Below, piece after piece: positions 1 through 11,165 of a DNA stretch of 64,000 nucleotides; the stretch's first letter is position 1, and every line of letters starts with the position of its first letter. A model generated the notes under the pieces. It had not been told where the DNA came from and ran no database searches. It worked only from the letters and a program-made list of their open reading frames with translations. Origin of the DNA: Octopus bimaculoides (taxonomy: Eukaryota); NCBI RefSeq assembly GCF_001194135.2, contig NC_068982.1, forward strand, positions 23,943,060-24,007,059, in the 5' to 3' direction. A program made the position numbers and the translations under genes.

Positions 1-388
1 ATATATGTATATATATATATATATATCTATGTATGTATATGTATATGCATGTCTTTATATAGTTTATCGGTATATGCATATGTTAACGTATGGTTTGATC
101 TACATCTCTGAACGGTAAGTGCATGTTTGTATATGTCAGTGTTAACCACATTTGCATACATACATAAAAGTGTATGCAGGCGTGTTCGGCTTTAAACATC
201 GGTAGAAATCATTTTCCGATATATTTAGTTATAAAACTCCTGATAAACACGTAAAAACCGACGAACAAAATGTGCTAAGATGAAATATGCACAAAATAGC
301 GATGAATTTAACGTAAAACATTCATAACATATATCAAACTCAATCAAATAGCAGCTTATTTTTACTTTAAGTACTCAATATTTTCCTT

Positions 389-620
389 TGGCGGCGAGCT
401 GGCAGAAACGTTAGCACGCCGAGAGAAATACTTAGCGGTATTTTGACTGCCGTTACGTTCTGAGTTCGAATTCCACCGAAGTTGACTTTGTGTTTCATTC
501 TTTCGGAGTCAAATAAATAAGTACCGGTTACGTACTGCGGTTGATGTAATCGACTTAATCCCTTTGTCTGTCCTTGTTTGTCTCCTCTATGTTTAGCTCC
601 ATGTGGCAAAAAAGAAATAA
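389..620 (+). mobile_element. SINE-like repeat, family A (octopus-type short interspersed repeat)
   Basis: Head GGCGGCGAGCTGGCAGAAACGTTAGCACGCCG and B-box-like GAGTTCGAATTCC. Body AATAAGTACC..GTTGATGTAATCGACTT recurs at 10955, 21053, 21386, 27997, 31570, 34900, 35163, 51808 and 58772. Confidence 0.8.
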
Positions 621-976
621 ATATTTTCATCTGGCTAGTTTCCTATTTTCGAGATATATCTATCAAGTCATCCTTGCTATAATCGTATAAACATTCGTAC
701 ATATCTTATGCGTTACAAGAATCGATGTCAAACCATCAACTCAGGATTATATATCCTGACGCATAATTTACAATATTCATAAAATCAAGATTGTAGAAGT
801 GGAGAATCAATAAAATGAAGACCCATTTTTTAAAACATATTCTTAAATTATAAATAACGAAAATTATCACTAAATCTGGAGAAATTGTACATGTGTCTTG
901 ACAAGATAAAATGTTTTGTGAAGCACCGAACCTAATCAGTCATCAACAAACGAAATCTATATCGTTAATATGTATA

Positions 977-2017
977 TATTGGGTTGGCAACTAAGTTCCC
1001 GCTGTTTTTTTTTATTTACCAATTTTAAAAGGTTTAATAAAATAAAACAACTAATTAATCAATAATATATTCACCCGTGTTCTTTACAACTTCTTCTCAA
1101 CCTTCAACAAGATTTTCAACAGCTCGTTGGTAGAAATCACCCGATTTCGACTCGAAAAATGATTCAACCAAGCTGTCAATTCTGCATCAGTATTGAACGA
1201 AACTCCGCGCATAGCATTTGAAAGAGATCGAAAGAGGTGGAAATCCGTTGGTGCCAAATCAGGAGAGTACGGCGGCTGTGGCAGTACTTACCAGCCACGC
1301 GTTTGAATGGCTTCCTTGGTCATATTGGCGATATTAGGGTGGGCGTTGTCGTGCAGCAGGAGAACTCCGTGCTGCCGATAAGGTCTTTTCTCTTGAATAG
1401 CCGAGTTGTGTCGTTCCATCTGTTGAACATNNNNNNNNNNNNNNNNNNNNNNNNNNNNNNNNNNNNNNNNNNNNNNNNNNNNNNNNNNNNNNNNNNNNNN
1501 NNNNNNNNNNNNNNNNNNNNNNNNNNNNNNNNNNNNNNNNNNNNNNNNNNNNNNNNNNNNNNNNNNNNNNNNNNNNNNNNNNNNNNNNNNNNNNNNNNNN
1601 NNNNNNNNNNNNNNNNNNNNNNNNNNNNNNNNNNNNNNNNNNNNNNNNNNNNNNNNNNNNNNNNNNNNNNNNNNNNNNNNNNNNNNNNNNNNNNNNNNNN
1701 NNNNNNNNNTAGCAGTGTGGGAGCATTGCATTCTCTCTGGCAGTTCCCTTGTCGTTTGGTGAGACTTTTCGTGCAAAAGTTGGTTTAATCACTCTTCATC
1801 GAACTCAAATGAGACAGCCAGCACCAGTTACGTCTTTGGGGTAAAAAATTCCATTTTTGAAATAGGCATACCAATCACAAGCGGTTCATTCAGCTATGGC
1901 ACCCGCTCCATACACAATAGAAATGTCCCGGGAAGCTTTTGTGGCCTTAGAACCTTGATTAAAAGCAAAAAGAAGCAAGTGTTGAAAATGTTCGTTTTTC
2001 TTAACTTGACATTCCAT
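977..2017 (-). mobile_element. Defective mariner (DD34D) transposon, mellifera-like; centre hidden by N-gap 1431-1709
   Basis: Minus strand starts MECQVKKNEHFQHLLLFAFNQGSKATKASRDISIVYG (ATG at 2017). It continues REKSHQTTREL and ...LLLHDNAHP...RGW*VLPQPPYSPDLAPTDFHLF, with 34 residues between the two Asp, and ends GEYIID* at 1055. A mariner-type TIR TATTGGGTTGGCAACTAAGTT lies at 977-997. There is a nonsense codon at 1288-1290 and a frameshift near 1160; the second TIR was not found. Confidence 0.92.
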
Positions 2018-2802
2018 TTTAATGATCTGAAAATAAACATAAAGTAACTTTGAGTGGTCCAAAGAAAAATCAGAGCCCATGAAATCTATGCTGTTAATGT
2101 TGATTCTAAAATTGTACGCTTTAAATAGAGTTAAGAAGTGAGAGACGAAACTACGAGTCTGAGTTTGCAGGCTAGCATAGCTTTGCTAATTAATGCATAA
2201 ATTGCGGTTACATTTGAAGGCAATCATTCATCAGAGGTTGCGAACAGGAAATTTTGAAGTGTCAGAGCGTAATTAGAAAGCTGCAAGTAAGATAGTGACG
2301 TCAAAATTGAATCGTAAATCTCAATAGTGAAAACTGATGTCCGAAATACATGAAAGAAATTTATTCGATGACCCCAAAATATACATTCTTAGAGTTAATG
2401 TTGAATGCAAATTCATATATTGAAAGATATTGATAGATATTGATAATTCATGGACACTTACGAATGCAATGGAAGAGAAATAGAATAAAACAGTCAACAA
2501 CATTTTTAGGGCAGTACAATACGGTTGTTTGGAGCAACGCTCATTTACTATTGTGTAATACGAAAATACACCAATATTAATAACGACTGCCATATCAAAC
2601 AGATGTATGTATCTGGGAAACTACCGGTGATGGTATATGAGGTGGTAGATCATCGATATGGTAACCAGAAGATGGTATGAGAAGAGATATATCTTAACTA
2701 ACAGTTTCATATACTGCTAGGTGAAATAAGCGTTAAATGAGACTGTACTATAGATAAGATGGAGGTCTGGAAAATTGATATAATTTGCTATATATATATA
2801 TA

Positions 2803-2895
2803 AAGAAAATAAGACAAGGTAGAAGATGCTAAAATAATTTTAACATGAAAAACATTTTACTATCAGTTTCAGTCTTTGCGTCTTTTTCAACTTTT
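2803..2895. repeat. Short dispersed repeat abutting (TA)n; second copy at 45905-45995
   Basis: AAGACAAGGTAGAAGATGCTAAAATAATTTT..TCAGTTTCAGTC aligns by eye with AGGCCAAGGTAGAAAATGCAAAAATAATTTT..CCGTTTCAGTC at 45905. Confidence 0.6.
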
Positions 2896-3100
2896 TCAAA
2901 AACGATTAAATTGTGAAATTAAATCACATGTTTTTTACAAAATATTCACATAGTATTCCAATGCAAGGGATATTTTCCGTTTTTCTGTATGTCTGTCTTT
3001 CTCTTTGTATTCTTGTGAGTGCATGGTAGCAGGCAGTAGGTAATAGCAATAATTTACCTTATACATATCAACTCGTGTGTCCTTTTTATCCTCCTACAAT

Positions 3101-3103
<3 letters not shown>

Positions 3104-3185
<82 letters not shown>

Positions 3186-3370
3186 CTATATATATATATA
3201 TACATACATATATATATATATACATACATATATATATACACATACATATATATATATATATATAATATAAATATATGTATATATCTGTGTGTGCGTGTGT
3301 ATTTTTATATGTGCGCACACACACACATACACACATATCAAGATAGACAGACAGACAGACAGATAGATAG

Positions 3371-3427
<57 letters not shown>

Positions 3428-3452
3428 TATAGATAGATAGATAGATAGATAG
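3104..3452. repeat. Compound microsatellite (CA)n/(TA)n/(GACA)n/(GATA)n
   Basis: Directly visible; it generates the spurious HT/YI ORFs. Confidence 0.97.
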
Positions 3453-3759
3453 AACAAGGCTATTGGTGTAGGCTAAGAACCAAAGTACAATACTAAAAAG
3501 AAGTCTATATTATAAGCGTCTGGCCTATGATATTTGAGAACGAAACCGAATAAGAATCCTTTTGAAGATCGAGTAACAAACCCTAATAACAGTCCTTCAC
3601 GAATCATCAGTCCTCTTTTGCAGACGTTCATACTCTAGAAGTAAAATGTTTACATTGATATTATACATTTAGTGAGATTTTATCATACATTTATATTAAT
3701 CCTTCTGATTTACTCTCTGAAGCGCATAAATATATAGAGATAGACAATAATATATACGC

Positions 3760-3775
3760 ACATATACACACACAC

Positions 3776-3832
<57 letters not shown>

Positions 3833-4008
3833 CACACATACATATATATACACACATATGTGTATAATTATATAGTACACTATATGTATACATACAAACA
3901 AGCACACGCACATATACACACATACCTGTATATATATATATGCACACACACACACATATATACACACATATGTGTATACTTATATAGTACTCTATATGTA
4001 TATATATA

Positions 4009-4062
<54 letters not shown>

Positions 4063-4150
4063 AATATATATATGCATACCTATATTTATATCTATATCTA
4101 TCTTTCTATAAATATAATAAATATATATATATATACATATATATATGCAT
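3760..4150. repeat. Compound (TA)n/(CA)n array containing an approximately 150-bp tandem duplication
   Basis: ACCTGTATATA..TGCACACACAC..ACACACATATGTGTATA.TTATATAGTAC.CTATATGTAT occurs twice, from about 3775 and about 3925. Confidence 0.85.
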
Positions 4151-5184
4151 GTACGTGTGATATATGTTATATCAACAGAAAAACTTTTTTTTTGCGGCAC
4201 CTGTTGCATATAAAAAGATTTCGTGCATTGTCGTAACGAGTTAACGTCAGCACGAATTCATTCATAAATTAAAACCAAAATATTGTGCAAAAAATAATGG
4301 AAGAAAGCATACAAATATGAAGTTGCATTAACTCGGTGGTCGATTCTAACTTTCTCATTTATAATATTTCTGTACTAAAATTCCAGCAGAAGAATAAGAA
4401 AAACAAAATATTTATTTCTGGCATAAATAAATTGAACCAGCTTCTCCCTTGGTGATTTTGCTGTTTGTGTAAAAGCTTCTTACCAATCTTATTACTCAAT
4501 TAGATGAGCCAGCTTTCATATTGGTAATAAACACCGTGAACGTGTAAAGCAACTGGCTAAAATGATTTATTCACGATTTACCAAGCCGCATGGAGTCAAG
4601 AAATGTAATCACAAAAGAACATATTGGCTTCTGAGATTCAGGCATAGAATGATAAACAATAACGAGATTCCGAATAAAGAAAGTAAAATGAAAGTTAAGA
4701 AAGATTGATTTGAATGGTCACTACAGGAACGTATTAATAGTTGCATGAATATATACATGAATATATACATGAATATATATACATATGTTATAACCGGCAA
4801 ACATACGTATATATGCAGATAATAATGTATGCATAAAATATACAAAAATATATGTACACGCACACACATACAAACAGTTATATGTGTGTACATTTGTATG
4901 TATGCATGCCTCTCTTTTTCTCTCTCTTTTAATATATATATGTGTGTGAGTGTATATATATATATATAGTATATAGTATATATATATAGTATATATGTAT
5001 ATATAGCGAGGGATGTAGACATGATAAATTTATGCATGTATGCGTGTGAGCATGCGTATTTTTGGGGCATATATATTTACACATACACACATACATATGA
5101 GTGTGTACGTCTATATGAATTTCAATGCAGATGCTTGCTTGCGTGCGTTTGTGTGTGTGTCTGTGTGAACACTGTAGGATATGA

Positions 5185-5253
<69 letters not shown>

Positions 5254-5993
5254 ACTAAAGAAAAGTGAAGAGTTTTGTATAAACGCGTATATACCTGCGC
5301 TTCGTTCTCTCTTTAGAAACATGTGAGTCTACGAGTTCAAATTGAGTATTGCGATATGAAAGGAAAAATATATTCATACAGATCTCATTTATGGCTGTTT
5401 CAAATATAGCATATGCTAAAATGTTACACAGTCAGACATGAATATGTATGATACATGGGTTGAACTCTCATACTACAATTTCCTGTTCACTTATTGTCAA
5501 GGAAGAAATAAACTATGGAAGATAACTGATTTTTTATTCTGTATGTAGACAGCTTGGCCGAATAACATAAATTATATCGTGTTCTCCTGTCATTGTTCCT
5601 TTGAAAACATTAAAAAAATAATATATCTGTATTTTGGTTCAATTTAGAAAACAGTAGTTGCATTTGTCGAAATAAGAGGCTTTTATTAAAAGCTTACATC
5701 TGATGTAAACACTACAAGGCCGTTGCTATGCAAGTTCCATTTACTTTTTGAGAAAATTTTAAATTTATATATAAATTGTTATCATAGCTCCTCTGTGACG
5801 TAGTAATCTATAGCTTTCTGAATGATGGTCTAACACCTTAAATATTCCTCACCGCATTAAAATGATAATTATAATTCGGAGAAGACTAACTGACCCTTGA
5901 ACTACCTCCGGCTGCTCAAACAGAGGCATGCACATACACACACATCACAAAATACTCAGAAACAGCTACATACATGTAGACAAATATGGAAAA

Positions 5994-6045
<52 letters not shown>

Positions 6046-6463
6046 AAACAGGTAGAAAGGAATATATATATATATATATATATATATATTGAGGTTATAA
6101 GAGGTAATGGTGTCAAAAAGGCTCAAAGGTGTCAGGTAATGCTGGGTAAGAGCTTTTTTTCTTTTTTTTTTTCCTTTCTACCTGTTTTTGATTACAAACA
6201 CATTCCCAACTTTTAAGTCACTTGAAAAAAACCCTCGATCCAATAACACGGTTTACAAACTCTTTGCTTGGAATGACCTATTTTAAATACTATTGTAACT
6301 TACACACAAAGTATAGGAAACTTATATGTATGTCATTCTGTTTAAATAACGGAACTGCAGATACAATATCCCTCCATATCTCACGTTTGTATTCATTCCT
6401 CCACTTCACTCTCTGTTTCATATCTTCTCTACAATAACTATTGCTTTACCATTTTCCCATACC

Positions 6464-6511
6464 GTCTCCGATGAAGGGACGTATAAAATATCCCGGAAAC
6501 ATCTGTAAGAA
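6464..6511 (+). ncRNA. Degenerate minimal type I hammerhead-ribozyme-like motif
   Basis: GTCT-CCGATGA (core CUGAUGA with U4>C), stem II GGGA/TCCC, GAAAC-ATCT-GTA, then AGA pairing back with TCT. Flanks resemble the copy at 9797-9874. Confidence 0.5.
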
Positions 6512-6579
6512 CTCTTTATAATTGTTCTGAAATCTTTCAGACCGTTGGATTTTTATCTCGTTCTGTTAATTTTATATAT

Positions 6580-6587
6580 ATATATGT

Positions 6588-6681
<94 letters not shown>
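6580..6681. repeat. (TG)n microsatellite
   Basis: Directly visible. Confidence 0.97.
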
Positions 6682-6683
<2 letters not shown>

Positions 6684-7711
6684 TAATTTTTCCTGACTCA
6701 GCTAGTGCATACATATATATTAGTACATATGAGTATAAAAGATTTTTTATATGTATAAAATCAACTGTTTTCCATAAATATTTTCTCTAAATTTAGCGTA
6801 TGTTTCTTCATATATATTATATGTAAGTGTTACTTATTCAAAGAGGTAGTTAAGGGATCAGGCTTATATATTAGAAACAATTTTCAACAATATCACTTAA
6901 GGCAGAAATCTTTCATAGCATACTGGTATTTTTAGAGTTTCAATGTACATCACTATACTTCAGGTTTCCAGTATAAGTGTCGTTGAAATATATTTGGATT
7001 AAAATGATACAATCATCACGTGATAAACTACTCGTAGAACAACATTTTTAAAATCACAATAATTATATTGCATTAGATTTCACACGATACTTATCCACTT
7101 AAATCATTAAAAGAAGAACGAATATATAAATTTTATTTCCGAAAGCAAACAATACTCACTTAATTGAAAGATGGCTCTTAATTTGAGATAGACAAATATA
7201 AATATAAAAGTGATGAAGGAAGAGGTGATAGATTCATGACTGCTATATATTTCTTAATATTAATTTGCATCATTAGTGGGAAATATATTTAAATGATATG
7301 GACTTGATCTGTGCTAACACTAATTCGGCATTGAATCATGATGTCGGAAAGGCTCTGTTTTGTGGAAATTAAGTTACCTTAGATTTGTTTGCGCCAAAGA
7401 CTTCCTCTTTGTTGTGATTGATAAATCTCGCAGCAAGACGGGGTGAAATTTAAGGTTCTGGACTTCCTTGATGAATATGCTTTTTGTTCAACATATTTTA
7501 GACACTGTTTTCAAATCCTGAGTCAGAATATCAGCTGATATCAAATGGGGTGTGGGACATAGAATGTTCTGCTCAATGTGCGGCCGCGTCTGCTATAGAG
7601 GATAATTTGGTTCGTGTAGTTACGTAGATATTTGGTTTTTTTGTAAGTGTAATTGAAAAGTATAGTCTTGAGATTTGTTTGCATGCGATTCTGGTTGTTC
7701 TATCAGTGAAG

Positions 7712-7745
<34 letters not shown>

Positions 7746-7898
7746 TGTATGTATGTATGTATGTATGTATGTATGTATGTATGTATGTATGAATGCATGT
7801 ATGTTTCTATTATCGAGCACTATATACCGGATTATTGAACATAAGCGATCGGACCTTTACCAACAGTTTCGCATTTATTATTCGAAACTCCAGATAAA

Positions 7899-8035
7899 CA
7901 GGCACAGGCAAATCTGCGTAGTAAGAAGTTTACTCCCCAGCCACATGATTCTGAGTTATTTTGCTATTGCTACGGGCGGTGCAAGGCCTTGAGTGTCGAA
8001 TCGGTAGGTGGAAACTGAAATAAGTACGTCGTATG
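7899..8035 (+). mobile_element. SINE family C, degraded 5' part
   Basis: GCGTAGTAAGAAGTTTACTCCCCAGCCACATGATTCTGAGTT..GGAAACTGAAATAAGTACGTCGTAT matches the 5' half of the copy at 38810. Confidence 0.6.
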
Positions 8036-8104
8036 TAGCTGTTGTTCAATGCTATCTCTTGGATTAATTTTTATACCTCCCACTTTCTCTCTCTGTCTCT
8101 CTCT

Positions 8105-8147
<43 letters not shown>

Positions 8148-8157
8148 NNNNNNNNNN

Positions 8158-8200
<43 letters not shown>

Positions 8201-9153
8201 ACGAGCATAATAGTTTTAAAATCTCTTAGTGAGATATGAGTAGTAACGATACTAAACAGCAACGTTTATTGCAGCATAATGTTACTATAGTTTAACCTCA
8301 GGAAAACATCTTTCTCAGCTAGTTACCGATACACAAACTAAGTCTGATACATTTAGAACAAGGAAGTGAACTACAACCCTCTAGCTTTAGCACGACCAGT
8401 AGACAATGGCCTCTAGTGTATACCTGCCGACTAGAGATGTCAGTTTGTCTCTCTCTATCTATCCATATTTATATATGTATGTGTGTGTGCGTGTCTGTGT
8501 TTGCATGTATATGTATACATACATACATACATACATACATATAAATGCAAGTGTATATGGTCTATAGCCCAAAACGCTCTGAGACAAACGAATTTGAGTT
8601 TTTAACTTTACGTCCCACAGACAATGTCGTTCGTAAATAATAGAAATTTATAATTTTCTTAGAGAAATTACTCAATCATTATCAATTATCTCTACATCCT
8701 TTGAATATGTGTTAACTTTCAAGCAATGCTTCATTTTGTTTAAAAACTCGAGTTCTAATGTTTCATTTCATTTTATGATACATGGCTTATTACCCACGAA
8801 ATAATGATGGAATGTGTTAGAAAACAACAGCTAGGTCTCTCTTAAAACACATTGTCGTCAGAAAATTATTATGAAATTATGAGCAAGTTGCAGATTCGGG
8901 TTATCCGTAATTTAAAACTATGATCAGAAAATAATTCTGAAAAGCAGCCGAAATGTTAGGATATACATATGATTAGACAAAGCACATATATATATTCGTG
9001 CGTATAAATAGGTTTCTTTCCACTTATATATGTGTGTACATTTCTCTTTCCAGAAAATATCACAGACAGCATAAAATTTAAATAATGTGTTACCAATTAT
9101 AAGATTTAAGATGAATTTATCTCACAATCTTTCGATAATATCTCCGACTAAAG

Positions 9154-9229
<76 letters not shown>

Positions 9230-9492
9230 AAGAATATGAGGGGTTTAGTTCACTGATGATCTAAACCAATAGGTATGCTGCGTAAAGACTATAATTGGCC
9301 ATCCGTCAGGTACCACTCCAGCTGAGGCTGGAGCTAGGCATCTGTAATAGGCTTCCGAATCAGGAGGTATATTTTAACGGAAAATGGAAAGTAAAACCAA
9401 GATAAGACAAGTATCTCAGGTCATTTAGAATGTTTAGTTAGAGTAAGGTTATTCAAAGTAAGGTGAATCAAAAATGGACAAGTAGAAATAGC

Positions 9493-9555
9493 TGTAAGAC
9501 AGATATTTCTGGCGTATCCAAGGTGATGGGTCAAGGTATTCCGTCATCAGATTCA
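9493..9555 (-). ncRNA. Hammerhead-ribozyme-like motif in left arm (degenerate)
   Basis: Minus strand reads CTGATGA-CGGAATACC..GGATACGCCA-GAAA-TATCT-GTC. The conserved core is intact but stem I pairs poorly. Confidence 0.5.
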
Positions 9556-9796
9556 AGGTGTGCATGCAGAAAAGTTCCAGAGACAAGGTTCATTCATAAA
9601 AAAAAGAGCAGTAGTTAAAATAAGAAAGACAGGAGAATAAAGTTCACAGTTCATCTTGTTCTAGAAGGTATGAACGTTGCCCTCTGGAATAAGTTGAACT
9701 TTGAACTTTATTCTCCCGCCTTTATTCTTCTATCTCTTGTTTTATTCTTCTATACACAGTGAATTGTGTGTCTGGAATTTTTCTGCATACATACTT

Positions 9797-9874
9797 TGTC
9801 TCTGATGACAGAATACCCAGTGTATGGAGATGCTGACTCATCATCTGGGATACGCCGGAAACACATGTAAGTCA
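9797..9874 (+). ncRNA. Type I hammerhead-ribozyme-like motif in right arm
   Basis: TGTCT-CTGATGA (9802-9808), stem II with CCCAG/CTGGG and GATG/CATC, GAAA (9858-9861), C-ACAT-G-TA, then AGTCA. Stem I pairs at 4 of 5 positions, and stem III contains the palindrome ACATGT typical of dimer-acting minimal hammerheads. Confidence 0.62.
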
Positions 9875-9988
9875 TTAATTACTTCTATTTCTCCATTTTT
9901 GAATCACCATACTTTACCTTACTCAACTAACTATTCTGAAATGACCAGAGATACTAGTCATGCCTTAGTTTTGCTTTCGATTTTCCTT

Positions 9989-10029
<41 letters not shown>

Positions 10030-10059
10030 AATGTCTAGGTGTGTATGTGTGTGTGCGTA

Positions 10060-10265
10060 TCTATGTGGGTGCATTCGTACTTTTGTTTGTCCTCCATCAC
10101 TACTTGACAACCGCTGTTGGTTTGTTTATGTGTGTGTAATCTCGCGGTTTGGTTAAAATCGATAAAATAAGCACTATACGTTCTGGGTCGACTCATGCGG
10201 CTAAAACTATTGAAGGTGGTAACCCAGCATGGTCGGAGTCCAATAATTTAAAGAATAAAAGATGT
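10060..10265 (+). mobile_element. SINE family C, 3' part
   Basis: TTTGTCCTCCATCACTACTTGACAACCGCTGTTGGTTTGTTTA..GGGTCGAC..CCAGCATGGTC..AAGAATAAAAG matches the 3' half of the 38810 copy. Confidence 0.7.
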
Positions 10266-10397
10266 TTGCTTTTATGGAGAAATGAAGGACTATTATAAAG
10301 ATATTGGATATCCCTTGTTTCAGAAAATAGCAGCTCTTTGAAAGTGAAAATATGTGTTTCGTGTGGCTGCTGGGTCATTTAGAATGTAACTAGTGAA

Positions 10398-10690
10398 AGC
10401 GCGTGGCTTAGTGGGTAGGGCATCCGGCTCACGATCGTAAGGTTGTGAGATCAATTCCCGGCGACGGGTTGTGTCCTTGAGCAAGACACTTTATTTCACG
10501 TTGCTCCAGTCCACTCAGCTGGCAAAAATGAGTAGTACCTGTATTCCAAAGGATCAGCCTTTTCACACTCTGTGTCACGCTGAGTCTCCCTGAGAACTAC
10601 ATTAATGGTACTTGCACGTTAATTTCATGAGCAGGCTGTTCCGTTGATCGTATCAGCTGGGACCCTCGTCGTCGTAACCGACGGAGTGCT
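10398..10690 (+). mobile_element. tRNA-derived CORE-type SINE, family B, near full length
   Basis: tRNA-like head with A-box GTGGCTTAGTGGG and B-box GAGATCAATTCCC, followed by CORE-like TGTGTCCTTGAGCAAGACACTT. The tail GTTGATCGTATCAGCTGGGACCCTCGTCGTCGTAACCGACGGAGTGC recurs at 23505. Confidence 0.85.
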
Positions 10691-10954
10691 CCTACAATGT
10701 AACTATTGAACAAGAGCGAGACATTGATTCCTTTAGTCTTTGATGATACTGATACGTTGATTTCAGAAATCCTTGTGAAAAAAACGCATCAAATTATATC
10801 GTTTGTCTTTTCTTCTTTTTTTTCTCAGTAAGATCGTGCTTAACAATTAATGTGTACACTTGATAATATGTAGACTACATGTAGTTGTAAGATTATGCTA
10901 TGATATTGTACCTTTATTCAATGCAAAATAATGGGGATGAGGTTGTAATAAAGC

Positions 10955-11165
10955 TGTTAGCTAGTAGAATCATTACCGCATCATAGAAAATATTTGCGAC
11001 ATTTCCTCCGGGTTTTTTACTTCTGAGCTTCAACTCCAGCAAGGTTGACTTTGCCGTTCATCGTATCGGGACCAATAAAATGAATATCAGTTGCGTACTA
11101 AGTCTCTGTGTCTGACTAGCAACCTCCCCGTAAATTTGAGATCTTATGATGCCAATGGAACGAAT
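10955..11165 (+). mobile_element. SINE family A, old copy
   Basis: TAGAATCATTACCGCATC..TTCTGAGCTTCAACTCCAGCAAGGTTGACTTTGCC..CAGTTGCGTACT is similar to the 389 copy. Confidence 0.65.

Larger units (their letters stand above)
9227..9991. mobile_element. Foldback element flanked by (TA)n: diverged spacerless palindrome (arms 9376-9675 and 9676-9990), Penelope-pLTR or retrozyme-like
   Basis: The reverse complement of the left arm aligns continuously with the right arm, e.g. AAGATGAACTGTGAACTTTATTCTCC vs AAGTTGAACTTTGAACTTTATTCTCC, TCCATTTTTGATTCACC vs TCCATTTTTGAATCACC, and AAATGACCTGAGATACTTGTC vs AAATGACCAGAGATACTAGTC. The centre is AACGTT at 9673-9678. (TA)n lies at 9157-9226 and from 9991. 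Confidence 0.8.

Noticed and set aside
3075-5326. Many 60-150 aa ORFs rich in YI/HT/CV/ER/LS (similar ones occur throughout the window)
   Set aside because: They are translations of dinucleotide and tetranucleotide microsatellites, not genes.
7250-7620. Coding-like minus-strand stretch with RLAARFINH (SET-domain-like ARFINH)
   Set aside because: The following SCxPN motif is absent and there are multiple stops. It may be an unidentified transposon relic, but no family can be supported.
10398-10470. tRNA-like sequence with A and B boxes
   Set aside because: It continues into a CORE domain and SINE tail with no full cloverleaf, so it is a SINE head and not a tRNA gene.
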